A stretch of 63,957 nucleotides of DNA, counting the filler, from Lama guanicoe (Eukaryota): the NCBI GenBank assembly GCA_013239625.1. It is 93 parts of 93 records of this genome, joined end to end, with 100 filler letters (N's around TTAATTAATTAA, not from the genome) between each part and the next. Parts side by side here need not be neighbours in the genome. Positions count along the whole stretch, not along the records: positions 1 to 496 come from PNXV01028513.1; positions 597 to 1,549 come from PNXV01028515.1; positions 1,650 to 2,404 come from PNXV01028516.1; positions 2,505 to 2,991 come from PNXV01028517.1; positions 3,092 to 3,825 come from PNXV01028519.1; positions 3,926 to 4,465 come from PNXV01028520.1; positions 4,566 to 5,398 come from PNXV01028521.1; positions 5,499 to 5,957 come from PNXV01028522.1; 85 more parts are not named here. One strand, written 5' to 3'. This document shows positions 1 to 11,096 of the stretch, piece by piece. Both the position numbers and the translations under genes were made by a program. Every line of letters begins with the position of its first letter. Position 1 is the first letter of the stretch. The notes below the pieces were generated by a model. It worked only from the letters and a program-made list of their open reading frames with translations, was not told the DNA's origin and made no database searches.

Positions 1-496
1 ACTTTTACATATTCTGTAATTCTGCATTAAGGAATATTTATATCAATCAAATTGTGTGATACCAATTGCCAGAAAGTTACTACTTTACAAAAAAATTTTT
101 TTCTGGATTTTCTCTTTGGAAATTCTGGGATAACCTATTGCTTCCTTAATTCTGGCATTCTTAGATCTAACAGAAAGTTTCACAATTTCTTGCTTTACTA
201 CCTGTATTGTATCCTTTGTACTCCTTTGTCATTTCTCTTCTCAGGTTTTGTCTTTTCAACTAAAGGCTTCCCCTTCAGAGTCTGTTTCAGTTTATTAGAT
301 TCACTTTTAATGACCATTCTGAAGTAGTCACCTTGTCATTTTTCACCCGTCGTTTTGTCTTCTCTTTCCTCTTCTTCCTCTTCCTCCTCAAGTGCGCGTC
401 CACCTTGGGAGAATTCGTAGGCTGTGGCCATGCTGCGGTTTACATCCGTCACTAGCACTGCAGCCTCCAGCAACTTTTTATTAAAGCCAGTGATGT

Positions 497-596
497 NNNN
501 NNNNNNNNNNNNNNNNNNNNNNNNNNNNNNNNNNNNNNNNTTAATTAATTAANNNNNNNNNNNNNNNNNNNNNNNNNNNNNNNNNNNNNNNNNNNN
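497..596. other. Artificial contig linker (44 N + TTAATTAATTAA + 44 N); first of ~92 identical linkers
   Basis: Identical 100-nt spacer recurs every 0.3-1 kb; the palindromic TTAATTAATTAA places TAA stops in all six frames. Confidence 0.99.
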
Positions 597-1549
597 ATGT
601 TCTAAATTCAGATTTCTGCATTCTGTATTCTACATTCTATATTCTTTATTCTGTATTCTATATGCTATATTCTGTGTTTTACATTGTATATTCAACATTC
701 TATATTCTGTATTCTGTATTCTATATTCTAAATTCTGTGTTCTGCATTCCATGTTCTAAACTCTGGTTTCTGTATTCTGTGTTCTACATTCTATTATTTA
801 AATTTTATATTCTGTATTCTGTTTTCTATATGCTATATTCTGTGTTCTGCATTCTATGCCTAAATTCTGGGTTCTATATTCTGTATTTTATATTCTATAC
901 TGTGTGTTCTGCATTCCATGGTCTAAATTCAGGTTTATGCATTATGTATTCTACATACTATATTCTGTATTCTGTATTCTATATTCTAAGTGCTATATTC
1001 TGTGTTCTACATTCTATATTCAACATTCTATATTCTGTATTCTGTATTCTATATTCTAAGTGCTATATTCTGTGTTCTACATTCTATATTCAACATTCTA
1101 TATTCTGTATTCTGTATTCTATATTCTAAGTGCTATATTCTGTGTTCTACATTCTATATTCAACATTCTATATTCTGTATTCTGTATTCTATATTCTAAG
1201 TGCTATATTCTGTGTTCTACATTCTATATTCAACATTCTATATTCTGTATTCTTCATTCTGTTTTCTACAATCTATATTCCGTATTTTGTATTCTATATA
1301 CGGAATACTGTGTACTAAATTCCATTTCCTAAATTATGAATTCTCTTTTCTGTATTTTATATTCTATATTCTGTGTTCTGCCATCTATATTCTACATTCT
1401 ATATTCTGTATTTAGTATTCTATATATTTTATTCTGTGTTCTATATCTATTCTATAGATATAGAATATAGATATATATATTCTATATATTCTTTTCTGTG
1501 TTCTATAATCTACATTCTATTTCTGTTTTCTGTATTCTATACACTGTGT
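597..1549 (+). repeat. Heptamer-based satellite (TATTCTR)n with a 70-bp higher-order unit
   Basis: Degenerate TATTCTA/TATTCTG/CATTCTA heptamers throughout; four exact 70-bp copies at 961-1240. Confidence 0.95.
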
Positions 1550-1649
1550 NNNNNNNNNNNNNNNNNNNNNNNNNNNNNNNNNNNNNNNNNNNNTTAATTA
1601 ATTAANNNNNNNNNNNNNNNNNNNNNNNNNNNNNNNNNNNNNNNNNNNN

Positions 1650-2089
1650 GTCATCTGCATATAGTGATAATTTTTACCTCTTCTCTTCCAACTTGAATTG
1701 CTTATTTCTTTTTCTTGCCTGATTGCTGTGGCTAGGACTTCTAACAGTATGTTGAATAGAAGTGGTAAGAATGGGCATCCTTTTCTTATTCCAGATTTTA
1801 GTGGGAAGGCTTTCAGATTTTCATTATTGAGTATTATGCTGGCTCTGGGTTTGTCATGAATAGCTTGTATTATGTTAAGATATATTCCCTCTATACCACT
1901 TTGGTAAGAGTTTTATCATAAATGGGTGTTGAATTATATCAAATGCTTTTTATGCATCTATGCATGAGAAGACTATGATTTTTGTCCTTTCTTTTGTTGA
2001 TGTGGCGTATCACATTGATTGATTTACATATGTTGAATCATCCTTGTGACCCTGGGGTGAATCCAACTTGATGCTGTTGTATGATATTT
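1650..2089 (-). mobile_element. LINE-1 ORF2 reverse-transcriptase fragment (degraded)
   Basis: Minus strand ends TATGCAGATGAC (YADD); typical L1 ORF2 antisense text such as GATTGCTGTGGCTAGGACTTC and GGGCATCCTT. Confidence 0.92.
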
Positions 2090-2504
2090 GTCCCTGCTTT
2101 AGCCATAGGAATGTTAGCTCTCTCCTCTGTTGTCCCCAAGATTTTGTGCCCACAGGCCACCAGTATAGATCTGCAGACATCAGGCACTAGGACCTCTGTA
2201 GTGGTCATGCAGTCACAGCCTTGGATCCATGGAAACTCAGAGATAGAGAATGAAATGAAGAGTACTGAATGGAATTCTATTCTATCATTGAATTCTATTA
2301 AACTCTACTGACTATCCTTAGAGCTCTGCACTCAACCTCTGCAGGGTATGTAATACTTCAATGTATACAAAGAATATTTAGGTTGACACATTTTTTTACC
2401 TCTGNNNNNNNNNNNNNNNNNNNNNNNNNNNNNNNNNNNNNNNNNNNNTTAATTAATTAANNNNNNNNNNNNNNNNNNNNNNNNNNNNNNNNNNNNNNNN
2501 NNNN

Positions 2505-2622
2505 ATGCACGAGGTTCTGGGTTCAATCCCCAGTACCTCCATTAAAAAAAAAACAAAGCATTAATTACCCCCCACCAAAAGATAAGTGTAAAATTTTTTT
2601 TTAAAAATTAGAATTAAAAAAA
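2505..2622 (+). mobile_element. Camelid tRNA-derived SINE (Vic-1-like), 3' part
   Basis: ATGCACGAGGTTCTGGGTTCAATCCCCAGTACCTCC with Pol III B box GGTTCAATCCC, then A-rich tail. Confidence 0.8.
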
Positions 2623-2661
2623 TGAAAAACTAGGTAACCCAGGGGGAATTGTGCTCTAGAC

Positions 2662-2914
2662 CAGGGGTTGGCCAACTTTTTCTATGAAGGGCCAGAGAGT
2701 AAATATTTTAGGTTTTGCCAGCCATCTTAGAGTCACTGTTACAACTACTCAAGTCTACTTTTTTAAAAAATTGAAGTATAGTCACAACAAACAATAAGAA
2801 AGATACCATAGATAATCTGTGAAGCAATGAGAGTAGCCTTGTGCCAATAAAACTTTATTTATAAGCCTGGGTGGCAGGCCATGTCCAGACTACTGGCTGT
2901 AGTTTGCGGACCCC
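2662..2914 (+). mobile_element. MER58-like hAT-Charlie DNA transposon relic
   Basis: Termini CAGGGGTTGGCCAACT...AGTTTGCGGACCCC; internal AAGGGCCAGAGAGTAAATATTTTAGG and CCAATAAAACTTTATTT. Confidence 0.8.
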
Positions 2915-3229
2915 ACTTTATAAAGAATGCGTAGTTTTCCACGGAAGCACAAATGTTCTCCAAAAGATGCAAAAATAAGATTCTCTTATGANNNNNNNNN
3001 NNNNNNNNNNNNNNNNNNNNNNNNNNNNNNNNNNNTTAATTAATTAANNNNNNNNNNNNNNNNNNNNNNNNNNNNNNNNNNNNNNNNNNNNTGAAAACAG
3101 ATTCTTCTCAATAGAAGGGGCAGGGTTTTCATCATAACTGGGTTGGTCTCAGTACAATAATCACAGACAAAGAAAGACCGTATACACATTACATGCTGTA
3201 TGTGACAGGAACAGAAGTAGTTATATCCA

Positions 3230-3585
3230 TGTTAGGGACTGAATGTATCCCCTCCCAAATTCATATGTTGAAGCTGTAACCCCCAATGGGATGATGTCTG
3301 GAGATGGGGCCTTTGGGAGGCGATTAGGGTTAGGTTAGGTCATGAGGGTGGTCCCTCCCAATGGAATTAGTAGCTTTGTGAGAGCACGTGAACTGAGGGA
3401 AGGCCACGTGAGGACACAGTGGGAAGGCAGACATCTGCAACCCCAGGAAAGAACTCTCACCAGGAATGAATCATCTGGCACCTTGATCTCAGACTTCCAA
3501 GCCTTCAGAACAGAAAATAAATTTCTATTGTTTAAGCCACCCAGTCCATGGGATTTTGTTTTGGTAGCCTGAAATGACTAAGACA
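3230..3585 (+). mobile_element. MaLR solo LTR (MLT1A-like)
   Basis: TG...CA termini (TGTTAGGGACTGAATG...GACTAAGACA), AATAAA, flanked by ATCCA/ATCCC 5-bp TSD with one mismatch. Confidence 0.88.
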
Positions 3586-5498
3586 ATCCCTGATGTAAAA
3601 TGATGGTAACACGGGATAAATGCCCGGTGTGTGTCGGGCTTATCATAATCCTCACAATATCCTCCTGAGTGAGTGCAGAAACTTGAGATTAGAACAATAT
3701 ATTCTGCTGTCCAGAGAGGTTAAATGATTTGCCTAAAATCAATAGGATAAAGCAACTTAGAACACCTTAATTTCTAGTGCATTTCTCACAGCGCACCTTA
3801 ATATGTGATTTATGAAGAAACAAATNNNNNNNNNNNNNNNNNNNNNNNNNNNNNNNNNNNNNNNNNNNNTTAATTAATTAANNNNNNNNNNNNNNNNNNN
3901 NNNNNNNNNNNNNNNNNNNNNNNNNTGTATGACCTCAGACTGTGTTTTCACTATGTACAGAATTGAGTTTATAACGTCAGTGTTTTCATTATTGCTCATT
4001 TTAATTTTTAGCCCATGTGAACATTCAAAATAAAAAAATCATGATCTTTTAATTAAATAAGAGAAATTTATCCAAACGAGAATAATTTGCTTTGAATTCT
4101 CTGAATGAGCAGGATTATTATTTGGATGAGACCAAGTTAGACAAATGATAGCAAACACTGAGAATGATAAATTACAAGTGAGGTGTGCAACACTGCGCTT
4201 AAAATCAAGAGCTTGTGATCCTGATCACACTACTACTGAAAAGAGATCAAAAGGAACGTTGCCGTTAGCAGTGGCCAGGAGCACTTTTCCCAGGAGAGCT
4301 ATTCCTAAGGCACTTACTGTGACTCTGAATCTCTTGCGCTGTTTTGTGTTGATCGCCGCTCCTTCTCCCCACCCTTCGGAACGTGGCTACAGGGAAATGT
4401 TATTACAACTTACTCAGCTTAGCTGGGCTTCATTAAAGGCTAATCGGCCCATGCAATCTATTGTANNNNNNNNNNNNNNNNNNNNNNNNNNNNNNNNNNN
4501 NNNNNNNNNTTAATTAATTAANNNNNNNNNNNNNNNNNNNNNNNNNNNNNNNNNNNNNNNNNNNNTTCATATTCTTTTTCATTATAGGCTATTACAAGAT
4601 ATTGAATATAGTTCAGACTCACAGAGAAATCAAATGCAATTCTTCACTTTTTCTACAATTGGGTCAGCTTGCTTCTCTAGGCTGTTAGCGCCAGTGTGAT
4701 TAGTGCTGCTGATTCGATGTGATCGCTTTTCCTTTCCTCTCCCTGAGACCTCACTGACTGTCCACATAATCTATTTTCTGTTATTTTTCTAAGTCATCTT
4801 AGAAATCGCCTTTGCCAAATATTTAGGCGCTGTGGAATTTACTGCATTTACAGAGATAGTCAGATAACTGTAAAACACCTGAATCAGCAATTCAAATACT
4901 AAACCTTACTTACCAGGAATGTTTGAAAAATCTAACGTCCAGCTATAGTCAAATTTTAGCAACTGTCTCCATCAGTAGACATCGACGTGCAAGAGGCAGT
5001 TATAAGTGACAGTAAAGAAAGAAATATATGAACCTAGAGTTGGAAACTAAAGCTAAATCTAAAAATTAATGTGTGGTGTTCGTGAAATTTCTTCCTCTTT
5101 ATCCTAGAGGGCGCTCTATGTACTTGCAATTTGAAAACTGACATTTTTAACTTATCCTGAATAATTATAATTGAACTAATTCCAAAAATTTTTGGTAAGA
5201 AGAATGGCAAATGGCTCAAAATTATGTGCATGTTCACTACTTCAGGTATTAGTGCATTAGATACAAAAATGACAAAACAAATTATAAATAATAAAGCAGT
5301 CAGATACAGCAGTGACTTTTTTGGCAAATAATTTCAGCATCAGAAGCACATTTTAAGATATATATATTTTAAGATAGCTTACTATGTTTGGAAGTAGANN
5401 NNNNNNNNNNNNNNNNNNNNNNNNNNNNNNNNNNNNNNNNNNTTAATTAATTAANNNNNNNNNNNNNNNNNNNNNNNNNNNNNNNNNNNNNNNNNNNN

Positions 5499-5957
5499 AG
5501 CAGGGCCTGGGTTCTAATACAATCCATTAACTTGTCTTCACTGATGGTTAGCCTAGGCGGGAGTGCGGGGGAATGTGATGGTTGCGCTCTAAAAGCAAGT
5601 ATTATTGAGTGCCTCTCCACGGGATTTGAAGTGGTTTAAACTACAACCAAATATTTTGAATACCTGTGCCCCCTGAAAGTTGCAAGGACACTGTTTCCCC
5701 ACCTTCAGCACACACACGATGTGGTGTTCTGGTATCCTGAGTGTGGGGAGACTCCTCCAACTGACAGCAGCACCTGGGATCTAATATATTCCCCATGTTT
5801 GACATCCTTCAGTGTTTACCTAGGCCGGGCTCTGAGCCTTGGTTGGGGCTGGGCTCTAAAGCCAAGTATTATCGTGTGCCTATCTATGTTCAGTGGAGGT
5901 GTTTAAAATACGTCCAAACCTGGGAACACCTGTGCCCTCATGAAGATGCGTGGACAC
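5499..5957 (-). repeat. Highly diverged 267-bp tandem satellite, ~1.7 monomers, homologous to the array at 16201
   Basis: AGCAG..CCTGGG.TCTAATA at 5499/5766 and CTCTAAA..CAAGTATTAT at 5587/5854 (period 267); reverse complement is collinear with the 16201 monomer (CACAGGTGTTCCC, TTAGA.CCCA, GTTGG.GGA..CTCCCCAC). Confidence 0.85.
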
Positions 5958-6673
5958 NNNNNNNNNNNNNNNNNNNNNNNNNNNNNNNNNNNNNNNNNNN
6001 NTTAATTAATTAANNNNNNNNNNNNNNNNNNNNNNNNNNNNNNNNNNNNNNNNNNNNGAGAGCACCTCAGTAGTCTCCTGATGTGTGCCAAACCTGAAGC
6101 CTGCCTACAAGTTGAAAGCTCTAAGACTAGAAAGGAGGCCTTTTTTCACATAAAGGCTGGGCGTGTGTCTCAGTGCCCTGAAAGTCGTAGCCTGCCAAGA
6201 AGTGTCTCTCCAACTGTTACAGTCCCATTGGACTGAGACATGCAATCGGTCCTGGCCTTCAGAGGTAGGTGATCAAGGAGCATCCCCTGAGTGGAAGCCA
6301 CAAAACCTGGGTCACCAGTGTGTAGACATTCCCTGCTTGGAGATACTGGCTCTCTGAAGCCTATCAGAGGGAGAGTGTGAAGATGGCTGGAGTGAAGCAG
6401 TGGGAGGGTGCAAAGATGACACCTTCTGAATAAAGGGGAGTGGAAGAAATGGAAAAGATGAAGTAAGAAATATACCAAGACAGAGGGAGAGCGGGGAAGA
6501 TGGCACATGCTGGCTGGAGCATACAGCTGGCACCCAAAGGGAAGGGAAAAAAGAGATGGTACCTGCCAGTTTTNNNNNNNNNNNNNNNNNNNNNNNNNNN
6601 NNNNNNNNNNNNNNNNNTTAATTAATTAANNNNNNNNNNNNNNNNNNNNNNNNNNNNNNNNNNNNNNNNNNNN

Positions 6674-6793
6674 TATATTTTGGGGGGGTGGTAGTAATTG
6701 GGTTTTATTTATTTTTTAATGACGGTACTGGGGATTGAACCCAGGACCTCGTGCATGCTAAGCACCCATTGTCACTGAGCTGTACCCTTCCCC
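6674..6793 (-). mobile_element. Camelid tRNA-derived SINE (Vic-1-like), near full length
   Basis: Minus strand GGGGAAGGGTACAGCTCAGTG...CTTAGCATGCACGAGGTCCTGGGTTCAATCCCCAGTACC; A and B boxes; A-rich tail. Confidence 0.85.
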
Positions 6794-6839
6794 CTAACAC
6801 AACATTGTAAATCAACTATACTTCAATGAAAAAGGTGGT

Positions 6840-6999
6840 TAAAAATTTATTGGAACACAGCCACATCCACTCCTTTATGCATTTGTATATGTGGTTGCTT
6901 TTGTGCTACAAGAGCTGAGCTGATAGTTGGAACAGTTTGCATGGCCAAGAAAGGCAACAATATTCACTAATCCTTGTCAGCACATTTTGCCGTACCCTG
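6840..6999 (-). mobile_element. MER58-like fragment
   Basis: TTTATTGGAACACAGCCAC...AATATTCACTA...TTTTGCCGTACCCTG. Confidence 0.6.
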
Positions 7000-7312
7000 A
7001 TTTAGAGGAAAGGTATACGAAAGTTCTTTATACTATTCTCGTAACTTTTCTGAAGTGTTTAAAATCAAGTTACAAATTAAAAATCAATACATCAAGTAAT
7101 GTTAAAATTACACAAAATCTCAAATTTTCTTCAACAGGCACCCTTGAGGTTTGTTATGGGCACGTATCTACGGGGAAAAGGTGATTTTAAAAATAGCAAA
7201 GTGGCTATAAACNNNNNNNNNNNNNNNNNNNNNNNNNNNNNNNNNNNNNNNNNNNNTTAATTAATTAANNNNNNNNNNNNNNNNNNNNNNNNNNNNNNNN
7301 NNNNNNNNNNNN

Positions 7313-8084
7313 AAACATTCTGCCCTTATTGCCTTCCTTCTCTTCCTCTTGTTTTAGCTCTTACGGTGTCAGAACAATGATACTAAAAGAGGGAAAAAGG
7401 GGCTCATAAAGTACAAAAAAAAGAGAAGAAGGAAGGATCATGCCACCCTTCCCTGTCTTGTGGGTTGCCCAAAACCCTAGCCTGGGAAGAGAAAATAATT
7501 GCTACTTCAATGAAATTTAATGTTTTAATATATGGAATTACACATCTCCCTAAAATTAATTCTAAAAATCCTACCATCATAGATTGAGGAAAGACTAGCA
7601 AGTACAAAGTGGAGCCAGTAAATTTAGACTACTGTTTTTCCATACAAATAAAAGTTATAGTTATAGTTTAAAAGAAGTCTATAGGTTAGTGGAAGCTGGT
7701 TGGTTTGTTTTTAAAGGTGTGAAAGACTTGAGCAGTTCACTTATGTATGGGAAAAAATCAGTAGAGAGAGGGAGATATCTCAGGCTTAAATGTAGAGATA
7801 ATTGATAATAGAAGTCCTTAAAGAGGTTGGAAGGGAGGAAATCTTTAGGTGAAGAATTTAGTTTTAGAAATGAGGAAAAATACTGTCCTCTGAAACGTAG
7901 CTAAGGATACATTAAAAATAATGTAGTTAAGTCCAGAGTTTGATTATAAAAACTGAGGAAGTTATATAGCCAAGACAAGCATTCTCATCTCGTTTTGTTG
8001 AAATATCAGTGCCAGCAATTAGGAAATGGGTCTGGCACTGTGGTACCTAAGAGAAGAATCAGGGCAGTTCATGGAGACATCTTG
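7313..8084 (+). repeat. Duplicate contig A1 (near-identical to 8185-8956)
   Basis: Same 772-bp length and ends; about 7 substitutions. Confidence 0.97.
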
Positions 8085-8184
8085 NNNNNNNNNNNNNNNN
8101 NNNNNNNNNNNNNNNNNNNNNNNNNNNNTTAATTAATTAANNNNNNNNNNNNNNNNNNNNNNNNNNNNNNNNNNNNNNNNNNNN

Positions 8185-8956
8185 AAACATTCTGCCCTTA
8201 TTGCCTTCCTTCTCTTCCTCTTGTTTTAGCTCTGACGGTATCAGAACAATGATACTAAAAGAGGGAAAAGGGGGCTCATACAGTACAAAAAAAAGAGAAG
8301 AAGGAAGGATCATGCCACCCTTCCCTGTCTTGTGGGTTGCCCAAAACCCTAGCCTGGGAAGAGAAAATAATTGCTACTTCAATGAAATTTAATGTTTTAA
8401 TATATGGAATTACACATCTCCCTAAAATTAATTCTAAAAATCCTACCATCATAGATTGAGGAAAGACTAGCAAGTACAAAGTGGAGCCAGTAAATTTAGA
8501 CTACTGTTTTTCCATACAAATAAAAGTTATAGTTATAGTTTAAAAGAAGTCTATAGGTTAGTGGAAGCTGGTTGGTTTGTTTTTAAAGGTGTGAAAGACT
8601 TGAGCAGTTCACTTATGTATGGGAAAAAATCAGTAGAGAGAGGGAGATATCTCAGGCTTAAATGTAGAGATAATTGATAATAGAAGTCCTTAAAGAGGTT
8701 GGAAGGGAGGAAATCTTTAGGTGAAGAATTTAGTTTTAGAAATGAGGAAAAATACTGTCCTCTGAAACGTAGCTAAGGATACATTAAAAATAATGTAGTT
8801 AAGTCCAGAGTTTGATTATAAAAACTGAGGAAGTTATTTAGCCAAGACAAGCATTCTCATCTAGTTTTGTTGAAATATCAGTGCCAGCAATTAGGAAATG
8901 GGTCTGACACTGTGGTACCTAAGAGAAGAATCAGGGCAGTTCATGGAGACATCTTG
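8185..8956 (+). repeat. Duplicate contig A2 (near-identical to 7313-8084)
   Basis: Direct comparison with A1. Confidence 0.97.
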
Positions 8957-9069
8957 NNNNNNNNNNNNNNNNNNNNNNNNNNNNNNNNNNNNNNNNNNNN
9001 TTAATTAATTAANNNNNNNNNNNNNNNNNNNNNNNNNNNNNNNNNNNNNNNNNNNNCGCTGCTGCTACA

Positions 9070-9547
9070 GTGACTATTCTCCCCCAAAGAAGCCGCCGCC
9101 ACCGCTGCCCCGCTGCCCGGGCCGCTGTCCCCGGCGCAGCTCTGCTGCGGGGATGTAGGCGTGGGCGGCGGCGACCACGACCGTGACGCGGGCGCCGTGG
9201 GGGCCCGTCCCCGGGCCTCGCCACCGCCTCAGGGCCCGCTGCCGGGGCTGCTGCCCCGCTGGGCGCTGGCCGTGCCGTCCGGCCACAGCAGGCCTCTCCT
9301 CCCCCTGGCGGGGGCCCCGGCGGTCCCGGCGGCGGCCCGGGAGCGGGGGGGGGGACGCGGTGGGGGCGGGGCGGCGGCGGGCGAGGGCGGCTGCTGCCGG
9401 GGCCTGGGCACAGCGGGCGGCGGCGGCGGCAAGCCCCTGGGGAGGGCGCGGCCGGCAGGGCAGCCCCGAGCCTGAGGAGGCCGCCGCAGGTTCCCGCAGC
9501 GAGGACGGGTATGAAGCGGCTGCAGCGCGAGGCCACGGACCCCGCCC
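9070..9547 (+). pseudogene. OTUD5: Disabled copy of OTUD5 (DUBA) exon 1 in CpG-rich sequence
   Basis: Collinear peptide blocks in changing frames: (GTG)TILP / KKPPPP / GVGGGDHDRDAGAVGARPRASPPPQGPLPG..RWALAVP / RPQQASPPPGGGPGGPGGGPG / GDAVGA / GGCC / GPGHSGRRRRQAPG / GSPEPEEAAAGSRSEDGYEAAAAR / EATDPA. These match the OTUD5 N-terminus (MTILPKKKPPPP...GSPEREEVGAGYNSEDEYEAAAARIEAMDPA). ATG is GTG, with about 8 frame changes. Confidence 0.88.
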
Positions 9548-9686
9548 NNNNNNNNNNNNNNNNNNNNNNNNNNNNNNNNNNNNNNNNNNNNTTAATTAAT
9601 TAANNNNNNNNNNNNNNNNNNNNNNNNNNNNNNNNNNNNNNNNNNNNTTCAGTTACAAAGTAAATTAACATTAATGTTTGACATAC

Positions 9687-10265
9687 ACATCAGTTTCCTA
9701 TTGCTGCTATAACAAATCACTTACAGACTTAATGGCTAAATCAATGTAAATTTATTATCTCCCAGTTCCAGAGGTTCAGAAGTCCAAAATGAATCTTACT
9801 GAGCTAAAATCAAGTGTCTATGAGGTTGTGTTTCTCTGGGAGGTTCTAGGGGAAAATTCATTTCCTCGCTTTTTATTGCTTCTAGAAGCTTCCCTATTCC
9901 CTGGCTCATGACCCCCTCCCAACCTCAATGTCAGCAATGACCAACTAAGCCTTTCTCACATTGTAGCACACTGACACTGACCCTTCCACATCCATCCTCC
10001 ATACTTAGAGGAGTGCCGTGACCGTGGCCCAAGGCACTGTTCCGGGGAGAGCCACCCCCAGAGCCCTGTGAGCAACCCCCTGAGTGATTCCTTGAGGCAT
10101 ATCCAGATAATCCAGAATAATCTCCACATTTTAAAGTCCACTGATTAGTTACTTTCAGTTCCTTCAGCAACTTTAATCTCCCCCTTACCATGTAACATAA
10201 CATATTCATAGGTTCTGAAGATTTAGTATGTGGACAGTTGGAAGACCATTATTCAGCCTACCACA
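9687..10265 (-). mobile_element. MaLR LTR (MLT1D-like), 3' LTR
   Basis: Minus strand begins TGTGGTAGGCTGAATAATG; other end AGTTTCCTATTGCTGCTATAACAAAT. Confidence 0.85.
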
Positions 10266-10612
10266 ATCTGTCCTTCAACAAGATTCATATTCATCCCACA
10301 GGCAAACACATTTACTCTATCCCAAAGTCCCCGAAAGTCTCAAACCATTAGGATATTGACCCAAAGTTTAAAATCTGGCTAAATCTTATCAATTCAAGAG
10401 CCCCCAGATTTTACCATCTAAATCAGGTCTAACTGAGACTTTGGGTATAATTCATCCTGAGGCACAATTCCTCTCAACTATGAACCAGTAAAACTCATGA
10501 AATACAAGTCATCTGCTCCCAAAATACAATGGTGGAACAGACATAGGATAACAGTTATAGACGTCCCCGTTCACAAAGGCAGAAAATGCAAGTTAAAGAA
10601 ATTAGACACCAG
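10266..10612 (-). mobile_element. MLT1 internal sequence adjoining the LTR
   Basis: Directly abuts the LTR; MLT-int-like text (CCCAAAATACAATGGTGG, TCATCCTGAGGCACAATTCCTCTC). Confidence 0.7.
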
Positions 10613-11096
10613 NNNNNNNNNNNNNNNNNNNNNNNNNNNNNNNNNNNNNNNNNNNNTTAATTAATTAANNNNNNNNNNNNNNNNNNNNNNNNNNNNNNNN
10701 NNNNNNNNNNNNCTGTAAACATTGGGGTGCGTGTATCTTTTCAAATTAGAGTTTTCTCTGGATGTGTGCCCGGGAGTGAGATTGCTGGGATATCTCCACT
10801 CTGGAAAAGAATTTGGCCAAATAGGAGTTGGAATGGAAGCAAAAAAGAAACAAAAGTAAACACAATTTAATTCGGTCTCTCCTTTGGCTGACTGAATAGG
10901 CACAAAATAAATATTTTCGAAACAAGTAACAGATAAATATATAGGCTGTCTAATCTGTAAGAATTTAAGTTTTGCTGGTTATTGCTGTATTTTAATNNNN
11001 NNNNNNNNNNNNNNNNNNNNNNNNNNNNNNNNNNNNNNNNTTAATTAATTAANNNNNNNNNNNNNNNNNNNNNNNNNNNNNNNNNNNNNNNNNNNN

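Noticed and set aside
662..1597. Multiple overlapping ORFs rich in Y/S/I/F/C/L (also 37193, 44519, 44743)
   Set aside because: Translations of the heptamer satellite, not proteins
6720..6793. tRNA gene (A/B boxes, GGTTCAATCCC; also 2505-2540)
   Set aside because: Degenerate stems and SINE tail; a tRNA-derived SINE
9009..9599. Long GC-rich ORFs on both strands (175, 138, 104 aa)
   Set aside because: Stop-poor GC sequence; they contain only single-frame pieces of the broken OTUD5 copy or its antisense
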